Source: the human T2T-CHM13v2.0 reference genome, Homo sapiens. Taken from it: a DNA stretch of 64,000 bases. A model generated the notes under the pieces. It searched no databases and was not told the DNA's origin. It saw only the letters and a list, made by a program, of their open reading frames with translations. Positions 1 through 15,379 of the stretch are shown one piece after another; the stretch's first letter is position 1, and each line of letters opens with the position of its first letter. The stretch is from assembly GCF_009914755.1 (NCBI RefSeq), contig NC_060926.1; one strand, 5' to 3'. The position numbers were made by a program, and so were the translations under genes.

Positions 1-3000
1 GTACGAATGCGGAATCCAAAATGCTATGACACTCACTCTGAGTGGTCTTATTCTGTACACTTAAAACAATAAAAGACTTTGCGAAAAACAACAGAAAGAG
101 ATCATGTAAACTATGTGCACACTTGATAAAAGTTTGCAGAATAAAGATGCAATTTAAGAGCCTAGAGAGAAAGGCTAATTGGTGGCAGTAGATCTTGGGA
201 AAAGGCTGGAAAAAGGCTGATAGTTAAGTGCAAGGATGGAGACAGAAGAATTTCAAATAGAAAGAGCAAATGTAGAATCATACTATAGGGTCTGTATTAA
301 AATAGAATTGTCAATAGTACAATCGTGTTGGAGAATCAAGTGAAGTGTAACTGAAGAATATGGAGAGTATGGAAAGAGTTAATGGACTAATTTGATGAGA
401 ATTGATGAATTTAAATTTTGTGTAAAAGGTAAAAGAAAGCCATTGTAGGTCCATGAGTCAAAAATGAAGGCAGTGACAATTGTTGAATCTCATAGGTACC
501 AAAGGTATAATCTTATTAATCTTAGCTCCCTTCACATAACCTATCATGATATTCGGCACATATTAGGAACTTAGTATTTGTTTGTTAAATTGTAGTTTTG
601 CATTAAAAAGAGGCAACAGTGGTAAGAGACCATGGAATCAGTCCTGGTTTTAAATCTCTGTTAATCCTCAGGAAAATAAGTTATTTACCCTCTTAGCTAC
701 AGTTGTAGTGAAAATGGCATTAGTGATCTTTCCCCTATGGGGTTTAAAAAGAAGTTTTGGGTTAATGTATGCACTGCACCTATCATGTCTTGTCATATGG
801 TAAAATAAAGAATAAATGGCATTTTGCTAGGAACTTACTATGTTAAATGAATTGATAAAGGCATTAAATCTGGGAAATAATAGCTAACATATCATTAGTG
901 ATTGTAATTCATGTACAAATGCCTCACAACTGGATGAGTGAAGCAGAAATAATTTTCAGAGCCAAAAGAAGTTAATATAACTAGCTGTTCTGTGTTCATA
1001 GACACATTTAATTGTGAGTCATTAAAAGGAAGAAAGTTACCTTATAGAGGTCTGAATTGGGATTGAGCCTCCAATGTTCCCAATGAAACTATGGAACTAA
1101 ACACCATGAAATGAATAGCAATTGAAGTTAAACTAGTTTTGTACCCTAGAAACCCATTGTTTTATTAAAGAAAATGGAAAAAAATCACTTATTTAAATTT
1201 TTGAGTGGGTTCAAATTATGTATTTATAAATATAGCTGTGGTTTTAAAAAAGGCAGCATTCATTATCTACTATGATAACACAGAATATAAACTGTCAATA
1301 GTAAAAAGAAATTAAATTAGAAAATCAGAGATGGAATTAATTAGTGATTGACTCATAAATATTTACAATTATTATCTTGCTAGCTGTGAAAATTTATTAT
1401 AAATACATTTCCTGTTTTTACTTTGGTTCATTTCTGCCTCCCATAAATAGTACTTTCTCCACAAATCCCCCTTACTTATTTCTGCACTATGGACTATATC
1501 ATTAAGTTCCACTACAAACTAATATAGGAAGAGAGGAAACACTGAACTTTCACACTTAATTTAAAAACACATCTACTTTGCATTAGCAAAAGTAGAATTC
1601 TGGACTGATTGTTAGTTCCTTAGCTGCTGATTCATTTTGTGCTGGTATCAGAAAGAATTCTAACTCAGAAAACAGGTGCTTAAATTCATAAATTTTATAA
1701 ATGACTCCTGAGGGCAAGCCAGAGAGAACGAGGTTAAATCCTGTCACTCTTCCCAACTACAGCACTGGTCAATACAAATCCAAGGTTCTTCTGATTCCTA
1801 ATAGGCAGAAATAAAGGGTTAAGAGGATAAATCATGAGCAATGCAACACTGTATTTCATCAGAATTTTAGGTTGTATTTTGTCTGCAGAAATGCTCAGGT
1901 TGGCTTACTCTAGAGCGGGCAGTCATCAACTTATAAGGAGGTATTGACTGCTATTAATAACATGTATTATAACAGAAACAAAGGAAGGGAATTAACATTA
2001 ACTGGACACTTTAGTTAGCTGATCTCATTTAATTCTTAAAACCACTTTATAAGATGGTTATAGGTAAATATTTTTATGCCTATGTTGCAGAAAACAAAGC
2101 TGAATCCTAGAGAAATGGATCAACATGTCAAAGGTCACATACGTATCTAGCGGCAGAGCAGGAATGCAAACCCAAATCTGTCTGATTTCAAAGTTTCTAT
2201 TTTTTCAACGGATCACAATAGCATTCATTACATAAAGAAGGCAATATGCTGAACACATGCTTCTAAGGTTTCAAAAGTAGGATTTCTAGCTAATTTTAGT
2301 ATATGAATGGGTAGAAGCTAATAGAGTTTTGACTTAGGACTTAAAATGTAATTTTCATGTCTGAATTACTCAGGATGTGTGAGTGTGTGCCTGTGGGACA
2401 GAAAAAGTAAATATGTGTATTATACAAAGTATGTATGTGTATTATATAAAGGGTGGGGAGAATTTCAAGTCAGAAAATCACATTTATTTCTTGATTCCTT
2501 GTGTATCTAAAAACACATAATTAACAATTCTTTTAGCTAGAATTTATGAGGTTTGACACTATTTTTCTCTATTCCTTTGAATAGGCTGAAGAAGTTTGCT
2601 GTAAGTTACCAGTATAGAAAATTGGCATATTACAATTAATTAATTAAGGTATGTTAATAGCTATTATGTTTTAGGCACTAGGTTAGGTGCCTTGCAAATG
2701 TTTTATTTACTCCTCATTGCCATTCTATAAGGTGGCTGGTATTATTAACTGCATTTTAGTGACAAGGGAAGCAATGTAGAGCTAGTGAATTAGAAAGTGG
2801 TGGGGCATGGTTTTAAACTCGTGTCTGACTGCTTCCTGAGTCCATGCTCTCTTTCCTCTTCCAAACAGTATCATATTGGAAGCCATTTATAAGAACAGAA
2901 TTTCCACATAATTTGTAGAAAGATATAGTACTAAATGTTCTGTAGACTGATCAGAGAAAAATGCAGTCATTCCAAAGTGTGGAAGACTGTTTCTGTGTAG

Positions 3001-5089
3001 TCAGTGCACTAAAAATTCCAAAGGAACTAGATTTACAGTCATCTCTCCTCCTTCTACTCTTAGTATTAGAGAGAACGCAGGGCCAGGAGCCCTCTAATGC
3101 AAATGTTTTCTGGCCAAGGCCCTTGTATAATTCCATGTTCAAAGAGACATTTGAAGGTGACTTGACAGCACTTTATAAAACATTTGCTCCTTAGCAAATG
3201 GACTGAGTTACTGTGCATCACTGTCACCATGGCACAGGACTACAAATGTATCAAGTGACAAAAGGAGAGAGATAGGGGGACAAGCAGGTGTATGAGCATC
3301 AACTCTCCTCAGCATTGTCTACATCCAGACTTGAGGGCGTCCCTTATGACATTAACAAACAGAAGGACAATGGCTTAATTGCAATCCCTTTCAGGAATGG
3401 TCCTTAAAACATCTTGCAGATGACAACATGCATTAGTCTCCTGACAGTACTGGGCTGCTACTAGAGTGCTTCATAAATGTCACACTGATAGGGCCACCCT
3501 GAAATAGCAGGGCATCAACTAAAACACTAAAGTAGATGGCCCAGTCTTCTTTATATCAAATCTGAGGGGTGAGAAAGAACTAAAGATTTTTTCCTAATGA
3601 AAATTTCTATAAAGCTTTTTTGTTTCAAAGAACCAACACATTCATATACATGAAATTTAATAGTCACCTATCACTACTTTTTAATGTAGAGAAAACTTGT
3701 TAAAATAACTTTCCAAAAATTGTCAAGCTGACAGTGTAACCTAGTTTAGACAAAATAGTCAATACATTCATAAACTCATGTTGTCTTCCCTTTCTCCATC
3801 TATGGTAAAAGTTCTCATTATTCTCTTTAGTTCAAAGGTATTTTCTTGGTTCTGGAAAACACTAAAGGTCTACCACCAGACTATTTTTGTAATGGTTAAA
3901 TTAATGGATGAGTAAAGAGGCCAGTGACACATTTTTGCTAAAGGATGAATAAAATTAGAAAGTTACATTTATATTTGGTAAGTCATAGCTGTCTCAGAAA
4001 GTGACTATGTGATCTTTGCTAACAACTTTAACTTTCTAGGAGTCATGCGAGGCTGGGCCAAATTCCCTAGTCTTACAGAGAAGTTGGAACGGCTTATTTG
4101 GTCCCATAACAGTCTTCCTTATAATTCTGAGGGTAAAACCACATTGTGGATTTGATTTTCTCTATTTACCAATTAATATGACACCCACATCTCTTCAATG
4201 TCACCTTCACACCAGGTGAAGCTGATATAGTAGACTTTTATTTGGCTCCCTTTACACTTGTAGCAAGTGTAAAAAAAATGCATTCAAGCAGGAATTTTTT
4301 TTTAAATGATGAAATTCTGGTTGCCTCCTAGGCTGAAATGGCATTTTCTCACTGCACTTCACGATTAAAGCAGGTGCTAGGATTTAGAAATCTCACATGG
4401 CCTGCTCCTTTTTTGAACCCAGCTCAGTTTTGCACCTTCACAGGAAGGTCAGTTCCTCACTTTTTACCTTCTGGGAATCATCCTGAGTTCTAAGACATTA
4501 CAAAAATTCCCAACTCTCTCAGAGTTCCTGTCATACACTCACTGTTATTTCAGGCTTTGCATCACTGAATCGTTTAGTCACCCATTCACTGATTCATCAA
4601 ATGCAAAGAAGAGGAAGGAAATTTTGCAAAAATTGACATTAATAATTTCCCCAAATCCCTATTAGAATTTGACTGTGATTAGTAATATGAGTAAGAGAGC
4701 AAAAGCGACTAAGGTCAGGTTAGGAGCACATAAGGAATGAGAAAAAGAGTGCTATAACTTTCTTTCTAAAGACTTTTTCTCTAGGTCACTTTTTTTGGTT
4801 GACTCCTGCAGAATAAAGGAATTTACAAACAAAAATGTTTGGTAGTCCAAATTTTGGGAAACTTCTTTTTTTTTTTTGCCTCTGGTTATCTTTTTTGCAC
4901 TGACTTAAAGTATTTTTTGAAAAATGTGTATTATAACACATTAAGCTTCAAAAATCCAAACAATTATTCTTTATAATACTTATTACTTAGAATACCTCTA
5001 TGGGCATTAAAGAGACAATAGAAACTTATAGGAATGGAAGTTTGGAATGCTTCCAAACTAACAAACCTCAGTTACAAAGACTGTCTTAC

Positions 5090-5230
5090 CATGATACCTG
5101 TATGAAGCATTATGTAATGCACAGTTTGAGTGACATCAGCTGCATGAATCAAATTGTGATATGGATTTTTGTACTTGCTGTAACCAACTTCTAAAGCTTC
5201 TGCAAAGGTGATTAGGCAAGAAACAGGAAT
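5090..5230 (-). CDS. PDE1A: PDE1A internal coding exon (141 nt), catalytic domain with YHNxxHAADV motif
   Basis: TTTCCACAG|ATT CCT ... ATC ATG|GTAAGA. It translates to IPVSCLITFAEALEVGYSKYKNPYHNLIHAADVTQTVHYIMLHTGIM. This is the real core of ORF 5072..5305; the gene continues beyond position 1. Confidence 0.98.
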
Positions 5231-6098
5231 CTGTGGAAAGTAATAATTATAATTATATTTTGACCAAAAAAGTGGTACTAAATCAACCTGAGCACTGTTT
5301 GTCATGGAACATATTAGTGAGTCAGATGTGGACAGTAGTTTCTTTATGTCAAATGTTGATTGTTCTGAAAAACCACTTCATGAACATGTTAACTTTCATT
5401 CCCAAAAAGAAAGATTGTAACCCCCAAGTATTTGACTAGGACAGATTAAATAATAGCCTTACTTGTACTATAGGCTTGAAATTTTAGTATCTTCCGGAGA
5501 GTAGGAAGGCTAATTCGTAGAAGGGTAAATATTTCCAGTTACAATTAGTGGAGTCTAGTTTTTCTATCTTAATACAAAGAGGTTAAAATAGATTAACTCT
5601 CAGTACTTTATAGCTCTAAAAATGTGATGATTCTACAGGAAATGATGAAAGTAATAAGCTACAATCTGCTCAGTAGTCTGTATCAAATCTATTGCTTGGA
5701 TGGTTCTAAATGAAGTTAATTAGAAACCCCTTCATTCTAATTTAAGAAAAGCTGGCAATAAAGGTTCATTCTGTATTTTAGGAATGCTGGAGTAGTCATA
5801 TTTCTTTAAGACATAGCTGCCAAACCCTATGTGAGTGTTTTGTGAATAAGTCAGGGGATATTGGCATCTTGCTGGAATGAGGCTATAGTGGCCTCATGAT
5901 CTCTAGGTGGATATATAGATGTGTCAGTGACTTGTGGAGAATGGTTCTATCATATAAAGACCTCATCACCTTAATTCTGTGACCTGCTAACTAAAACATC
6001 CTAAAATGAATTGCTTAATTACTCAAATGTTCTGCATTTTCATTCTTACTCAAATAACCAATTCTAAGAGCATTTCACTTTTGTTCCATGTTTCTGAC

Positions 6099-6215
6099 CT
6101 TGAAACGGTTGATAAGATCATATCTGGTAAACAGTTCATAAATCATAAACTTCAGACTATGCTCTCCACTTGCTTCATTTAGGGCAAATACATCGAAAGA
6201 CCATTTATCAACATC
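6099..6215 (-). CDS. PDE1A: PDE1A internal coding exon (117 nt), start of catalytic domain
   Basis: TTTTTTCTACAG|GAT GTT ... TTC AAG|GTCAGA. It translates to DVDKWSFDVFALNEASGEHSLKFMIYELFTRYDLINRFK (WxFDVF motif of class I PDEs). Confidence 0.97.
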
Positions 6216-6718
6216 CTGTAGAAAAAAGAATAAATACTTTAGGTGCCAATATCATACTGTTTCTACGAGAATTTATTCAAAAGATAAGGCATTGTACATT
6301 TAGCAGGTCATCTTTCAATTTAGCATGTCAAACTACACTTTGACCAGAGTTTCATAGGACAGGACCACTTAGTATCCATGGGTCCACAAAATTGAGGCCA
6401 TAATGCTTTATAAAGCATCAAAACCTTTTCTTTAATCCCAAAGTTACTAAAGTGATTTAATACATTTGATAATACCATAATACTGCCATTATCTTTAATC
6501 TCTCTCCAACTTCCTGCCATAAATCATTTTCTCAGAGTGGACCTCAATTTAGGGTAGAATTGCTAGTTACATAGATGATGTCAATTGGGAAATACAGAAA
6601 AAATAGTCCCGGTTTTTCTTTCTTACTCACTTGCTACATTGCTTGAAATTTCACCATAAGAGTTTGCAGTTTGGCATAAAGTTTTGATATTTATGTCCTG
6701 TTTTAAGATGTAAATATC

Positions 6719-7037
<319 letters not shown>

Positions 7038-8315
7038 TCATAGCGAGATAGAGTATACACTATCTTTAATTATTAAAAGGTATTTTTTACACTACTTTTC
7101 AACCATTATTATTTGCTCTATCTTTGGCTGACTTACTAATACTTTGCTTGAGGGACAAGTGGTGAGGAAAAGGAAGTGGGCCTTTTGATTGAGGAGGAGG
7201 ATAGTAATACTCGCATTTCATGCAGTTCCCTAGGGAAGCAAGCAGGCCAGTAGGGAAACTGGAAAGTACCCCCTAACAGAGAGAGAGGAGAGTGAGCAGG
7301 GATATAAACCACTCCAGCCACCTCATGATTTTGCTTTGAAAATCTATAGAAGCACTGTAGTCCATTCTAATGGTTATCAGAAACTGCTAGCAGGAAGGCC
7401 TACTGTTTATACACATACAGTAGGTTTAGTATTGAACAGTAAGTGGGCAACCATAAAGCTATGCGTTAATTTTCTATTTGAGTAGGCACGTTTCAAATTT
7501 CATTCAACACATTTTTCTGGAGGCCAACTCTATGTGCTATAATATGCTAGAACCAAACTAAAAATCTGATAAAAAGTATTCAGTCTCTTTTAAAAATACT
7601 TCCTTCAAAAAATAATAGTAAGAGCTTCAAATGGTATTTTTAATCACTTGGAAACAAGCACCAATGAAACAGTTTTTGGTTTGCTTGTATGTCGTTATTA
7701 AATTCCTTGCATTTGGCCCTTATTTGATCCCCAAATGCTTGCTTTATCTCTTTATATATTAAAAGTTATTATAAGTTCTGTTAGAAGGCATTTTACATCA
7801 GTAAATCTCAAAGGAGGTCAATAAATCTTTTATCAAACTCCAAAGCTAACAAACAAGAGTTAGTTCAGACTCTTAGAAGGTTGCTATTTATATTTACAGT
7901 TCCAACTTGGGGGTTCCCACTGAGTAAAAGGTTAATTCTTTATTTCTTGAGAATTTTTTATAAACCCTGATGATTTACATTTCTAAACTACTGCAGATGC
8001 TTGGCTTTTATGTCATCAGATTGAGAACAAACAGGACAAGGAGGCTTCTCAGAAAATAAGAACTATTTAACTAAAACATTCTTTACTTGGTGATATTCCC
8101 TCTCTCAACCTGTTAGTTTATATCTTTTTTACTATACAACACTTTAGAAAAAATACTACATTCTCTCATACTAAAATATTTTGTTAGTTGGTTTTTAAGC
8201 AAAGATTCTTAAAATAAATAAAATAAAAATGAGTAATTTTCTTGCTCATTGTTAAGGAAATAATAGAGAAGGCAAAATCTCTCAAGAACCGAGGAATGAT
8301 TAATATCCTTTAATG

Positions 8316-8514
8316 CAATGGTCCTCAATATTTTGGCACCAGGGACTAGTTGTGTGGAAGAAAATTTTTCTACAGACTGAGTTGGGGTTGGATGGTTTTG
8401 GAATGAAACTGTTCCACCTCATCAGCAGTGCACAACCCTCACACGCACATTTCACAATAGGGTTTGCGCTCCTATCAAAATCTAGTGTCCCCTCTGATCT
8501 GACAGGAGGCAGAG
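8316..8514 (+). mobile_element. MER1B-like hAT-Charlie DNA transposon fragment
   Basis: TTTTGGCACCAGGGAC...GAAACTGTTCCACCTCA...CACAATAGGGTT.GCGCTCCTAT...CTGATCTGACAGGAGGCAGAG resembles the MER1B consensus; 3' truncated. Confidence 0.8.
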
Positions 8515-8859
8515 AAACATAAATATAAAAAAAGCACCAAAGAAAAATGAGCTATCTTTTAACATTAATGAGATTAAAATCTAATATGCAGCAGGGAAAA
8601 AACAATTGCAAAGAAGATGCTTAAATTTTTTAAAAACACAAATTTAAAATTAAAAAGGAGTACAATAAGTCAGAAATAAATCAACCCAAGATCTGCTGCT
8701 GCCAATATCCTTTAAATTCTTGGTTAATGTAGAAAAACCAATATGCAGATGTTTTAGGAGACAATGTTAAATTAAATTAGGCAATCGAAACAAGTTTAGA
8801 AGGATGAGCCTACAAAATGCCTCTGTAGAAATAACATTTAGAAACAAGGCACATGAACA

Positions 8860-8860
<1 letters not shown>

Positions 8861-8892
<32 letters not shown>
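8861..8892. repeat. (CA)16 microsatellite
   Basis: Perfect CA run seen directly. Confidence 0.95.
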
Positions 8893-8894
<2 letters not shown>

Positions 8895-9508
8895 GAGGCA
8901 AGTATGTGAGCCAATAACTTTACTCACTTCAGAGTTTCAACTCTGATTATTTCTAACATATGTAGCGCTGCAATTGGGCCTTAGAATAGTGTAGCCACAG
9001 GAGAAGCCAAAGACAAGAGAGAGAAGTGTTTTTTCTTTCTTAATTTTATCTTACATTTTGTATTTTTTCAGACCTACAATCCTAAATAATTTCCTTCTGT
9101 ATGTTTTGTCATTTAAACATCATTGACTAAAATATCTTTTTATAACATGCATTTAACTCTTCCATAATATATTCATAACAAAATATGTACATTTTGACAA
9201 GTACTAGTGCCATTTCAAAATGAATTCAAGATCCACATAAATAAAATTAAGAAAAAAAACACACGTGTGTGTGCATACAAACATGCATATATATATGTTG
9301 ATATAGTTTGTGTAAATCAGTCATTTGAATCTACAGTGAGTCATGATTTGGAACACAGTTCATTTTTTAAATTGTTAGGATATGTTGAATTTTTTAACGT
9401 TCTAAGATGTAGGCTGCAGTAAAGACCTATTCTCATTTTCTCATAGCCTTTTTAAGAGAATTTTTTAAAATGACCATTTTATACACGAAAATAATGAAAT
9501 TATGTCAC

Positions 9509-9575
9509 CTTTAATGTTACGATGACAGCTGCTGGATATGCCAAACCAACCATATGATATGTTTTTCGGTACATT
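9509..9575 (-). CDS. PDE1A: PDE1A internal coding exon (67 nt)
   Basis: TTTTTTAG|A ATG TAC CGA ... TTA AAG|GTGACA. It translates to (R)MYRKTYHMVGLAYPAAVIVTLK. Phase 2 in and phase 0 out fit both neighbours. Confidence 0.96.
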
Positions 9576-10196
9576 CTAAAAAAGACAAAAATAAGTGTAA
9601 ATATAAAATTCATTTATTCAAAGTTTTCAACTATTTCTTAAATATCAGGGAAAAGATTACTTTTGACATGTTCACCTCTTATCATTAGTTACAGACTCCC
9701 TTTGTGTCAATAATGATAACTATAGTCACCTTTTTACTAAACATCTACAATGTGACAATGTAATATATTCTCTATTCACAATCACCCTGCAAAATTAATG
9801 TGACTTTAGTTTCCATGTAAAGATATCCTTCCCTGAACTTGATCATATTAAAAGATGCACTACACTTTGCATATGCAACAACTTTCTAACATGCCACCAT
9901 ATCCCTGACAGCAGAACATTCTTGTTTTATGTCCATTTATATGCCAAAATTTTTAGTCTGGAAGCTAAATGTCATTAAAATATTTCCTTTATATTTTTAT
10001 ATTAAAATTATAGAGGGGGATATGTAGTATCATCAGAATTTACATAGGTCCCCCTTCTTTTATTTAATGATATTGGGGAAATCATACTAGCAAAAATTGT
10101 TTAAGTTTGTTCAAATTGTCATTCAATATTAAGAAAGTTATTCAGAAAGAAAACAATGTTATTTTCATTTCCATAATAGTATCAATAACAAAAGTG

Positions 10197-10518
10197 GTTT
10201 TTTGTTTTTGTTTTTGTTTTGTGTTTCTTTTTCTTTTTGAGACAGAGTCTCGCTCTGTTGCCCAAGCTGGAGTGCAGTGGTGTGATCTGTGCTCAATGCA
10301 AGCTCCGCCTCCCGGGTTCAAGTGATTCTCCTGCCTCAGCCTCCTGAGTAGCTGAGATTACAGGCATGCGCCACCATGCCCAACTAATTTTTGTATTTTC
10401 AGTAGAGACAGGGTTTCACCATGTTGGTCAGGCTGGTCTCAAACTCCTAACCTCGTGATCCGCCCACATTGGCCTCTCAAAGTACTGGAATTACAGGCAT
10501 GAGCCACCACGCCCAGCC
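10197..10518 (-). mobile_element. Alu (AluS-type), full length
   Basis: T-rich tail followed by GAGACAGAGTCTCGCTCTG...GAGCCACCACGCCCAGCC. Degenerate TSD AACAAAAGTGGTTT / AACAAAACTGTTTT. Confidence 0.95.
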
Positions 10519-12286
10519 AACAAAACTGTTTTTAATAATCAGTGATTTGATTTTTTTCTATCTTCTGCTGGGCAACCCAAATAGCATAAACCAAATATAA
10601 GAACCCCCTCCATGAATTCATGTGAGAAAAGAATCAATATGATAGCCTAGCATGTGATATAGTAATAGTGCTTCTATTCGGGACTCTGAAAGAAACATGT
10701 TTCCTCCTCCAAGGCCTGGGAAGAAAGAATACAATTGAGATTAATCATGTCCCTTAATTTTTATATCAAGTTAGTCCACAACGAGCTGAATTTCTAGGCT
10801 ACATGGCTGTAAATTCTCCCTACAAAAGGCCTGGACAATGCCATAGCTTAATTAAATATAACGATAAATATGGTCGATGTAAGAAATGGTCACATGGACA
10901 ATATTCTACGTCTTTTATAAAACCGCTATAGAAGATACTAAATTTTTTGATTCAATGTTCCTTATGTTAAAAATGCATGGGACATATTACTCAGTTTCTA
11001 TGTAAAAGCCATCATTTGTTAAAGATAATCAAAGCTAAGCAATTTATCATGTTTTCCTTTTAAGTCTTGACTAGTTGGAAGTTCAGAATGAAAATACTGT
11101 GTTTAATTACATCTCTAGCCTAGGCTTTCTTGATGAAGTAGCTCTCCATTTTATTCTAGAGACCTTAAGCACAACACTTTCATGCTTCCACTTTACGTTT
11201 ATTTTAAATAGTCATAAATTATTTTTGGATGTGGGTGATTAGGTAGAATAAGAAATTATCCTATATCTCTATTGAAAGATTTTAGAACAGTTAAAACTAA
11301 AAATACTTATATTAATTACTCCATTGATATAGGTATAATTATTCTAATCTTGCAAAGCAAGGAAACTACTAATCATACTATACAAGACTAGAATAATTAC
11401 TATCAACAGTGATACTCAGGTGTTTTTTTTTTTTGGAAACAGTCTTTTCCATCTGTTTCTAGTCATTACTATTAATACTAAAAAAATGGAGGTGCAGGGG
11501 AAATGGAAGGATGATGAACAGGCAAAAGCGTCAATATAAAAATCATTCAGGATTAAGAAATTTTAAAATGTTAATTAACGTTAGCTCGACTTGACTTCAT
11601 GGCACAGAAAGGCAAAGAGAACACATGCTTTGAATCACATGTTAGCCACTCACTGCTGTGTGACCTTTGGAAACTATTTAATGTCATTCATTTGTAAAAT
11701 GAGAATAATTATAAGCTTTTTGTGTAAATGATTCTCAGTACAAGTAAGCCATCATTTTTATTATTATTTTAACTGTTCTCATTACTTTGCAGCCAATATC
11801 ATTGGTTCAAAATCTTATGTCTTTAGAGCTCTCTGGCCTCAATGGGACCTCTGATGCTACTGAGTTTCTTAAACTTGGGATAGGTTGAGAAATGAATACC
11901 AATATACTTTCTCATTACATGGAATGTAAAGGAAGACAAAGAGGATTACCCTTCCAAAGAGATAGCAAAACTTTCCCATTATCATACTTTTCTAATTCTA
12001 TAATCAGGAATAGAATTCTAGGATGGAAAATTAGAAATAGAACACTAAGATGGAAAATTAAGGTGACTCATCCTTGAATTAGAATGAGCATCGGAGATAT
12101 CTTAACCCAGTTGTCTCACACTTTAGTAAACAGGTGATATATTACAAGTTTCTGAAAAATGATAGTGAATTTCCTGGGCTCCTAAAGGTGGTGAAAGTCT
12201 AACTGGAAATGTAGTGGATTATTTGTGGAAATTTCCATAATAGTTACAAGATATAATTCAAAAACTCTTTAAAAATACTATTTTAA

Positions 12287-13680
<1,394 letters not shown>

Positions 13681-15196
13681 TGATTACTTTTGAAAATTTC
13701 CAATAAACTTGTCCCACTATTTTTATGCACCTACTAGTGGGGATTCAACAGTGATTTAAAAAAGACTTTATTTCTATATGTTCTTAGCACATTGATTTCT
13801 TAAAGACTGCTTACTAATTTAGTTACCTGAAGAACAATTTTATACTTTTATAGGCTACTAAATGTGTTTTATGTAACATATGAAAAAATTGAAATTTAGC
13901 ATATTCAGATATTTTATATATTATAACCTTCTCTTGAATGGAAATGGAAAATCAGTTGATCTTCCTCCACAGTTTACATTTTTTCCCAGTTTGCCAAGTT
14001 CTGTAATATTTTTTTAAACAAAGAAGACAAAATATACATTTCTTTAGCAAATCAAACATACTCTCATGTTTCATCTGTGATTCTCTCACAGATTTTCTGA
14101 TGTACTATTTAGATATTTTTAATTTGATGCTAGAGAAAAGTCATCTTCTTTAAATTGCACAGTGTATTTAACCATCTTTAAGCTTTATATTTGTTGCCAT
14201 GCATTCTCATTTACACTTTTAGAAATTCAAATGTGTTTTCCATTGTCCCTTTAGCAGAAAAAAATTCAAGTTTGTAATATTGATTAACGGTAATGCCTAG
14301 AGATATCAGAAGATGAGAAATAATGCAGTTTCTCTAAAATTTAATTTTAGGCATATTGGCAAAATTTTTCTCTGTTTCTCAACTTTATTAGTTTCTAAAA
14401 TATTCAAATAATCATTCCACATATAATTTCATGTAATTATTTTTTAATCTAAGGGATTTCTGATAACTACTTTTCAATTCTGTCAAACATAAAATGTCTA
14501 TTTTGGCGAGTCTTTTGTAGTTTTAGTTCTAGGAAATATCTTGTTTCCTAGATGGAAAAAATAAGCTGTATTCTTAAGGGCTGAAAGAATGTAAAATTGG
14601 GTCATATTAGCATGTGTTTCACATTGAAAACTCTGATGATATAACTAGGCGTTTCTAGGGGCCATCAAATATCCCTTGCTTCAGTGACAGAAATGTTGAA
14701 AAAAAAAATAACCTATCAAAAGTGAGCATGAGAGAGATTTCCTCCATTATGGAAAGAAGGGAAGCAAATGGTCTTCTGTCTTTAGGGCAGAGGAAGCCTA
14801 AGTGATCTTGACATGTAGATTGCTACCCAGTGTAGAATGTATTTCATGAAATGTTACATTTTATTCAGGTAAAATTAGTTGTGTAACATATACATGTGTC
14901 AGAATTGTTTTTAAACAGTTGTTCACAAAGGTTCATTTGAGGAGAAAGGTCATTCAAAAATCTTTGCTTTCAGTCTTCATGTCAACTTAAAATAAATAAA
15001 AAGAATGCATCCGGGACCAGGTGTTTTTGTTATAGGTAAGTTCATCATAAAGTCCCAAATTTGTTCATTCTAGTTATCATTATGATCACAGTTTTCGTCA
15101 ATAAGTGAAATATAGACTGCTCATACCCTTGAAAAAATGAATGTATCTGCTGCCTTTCAAATGTTACTGTCTTGAGATACCAACAATTTCACTTAC

Positions 15197-15379
15197 CTTT
15201 CCACAAAAATTCCAGCTTGAACAGCATGCACAATGCTCCGAAATTTTGGTTTTTCCTCAGGTTTCTTTTTTGTCATCCCCATTTTCCGTGTAAAGGTAGA
15301 AGCCAACCAGTCCCGGACTTCAGATGGGACTGAGTCAGTCTGAATGTCACTGAGCTCATCTTCAGTATCCAGAAGTCTT
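15197..15379 (-). CDS. PDE1A: PDE1A internal coding exon (183 nt): autoinhibitory segment and second calmodulin-binding region
   Basis: TTTTTGTAG|A AGA CTT ... GTG GAA AG|GTAAGT. It translates to RLLDTEDELSDIQTDSVPSEVRDWLASTFTRKMGMTKKKPEEKPKFRSIVHAVQAGIFVE(R). Confidence 0.98.

Noticed and set aside
3223-3236. GTCACCATGGCACA, near RFX X-box
   Set aside because: Imperfect second half-site and no nearby promoter evidence; cannot be supported from sequence alone.
5072-5305. 77-aa ORF as a stand-alone gene
   Set aside because: Only 5090-5230 is a PDE1A exon; the flanking codons are intron read-through across the AG and GT sites.
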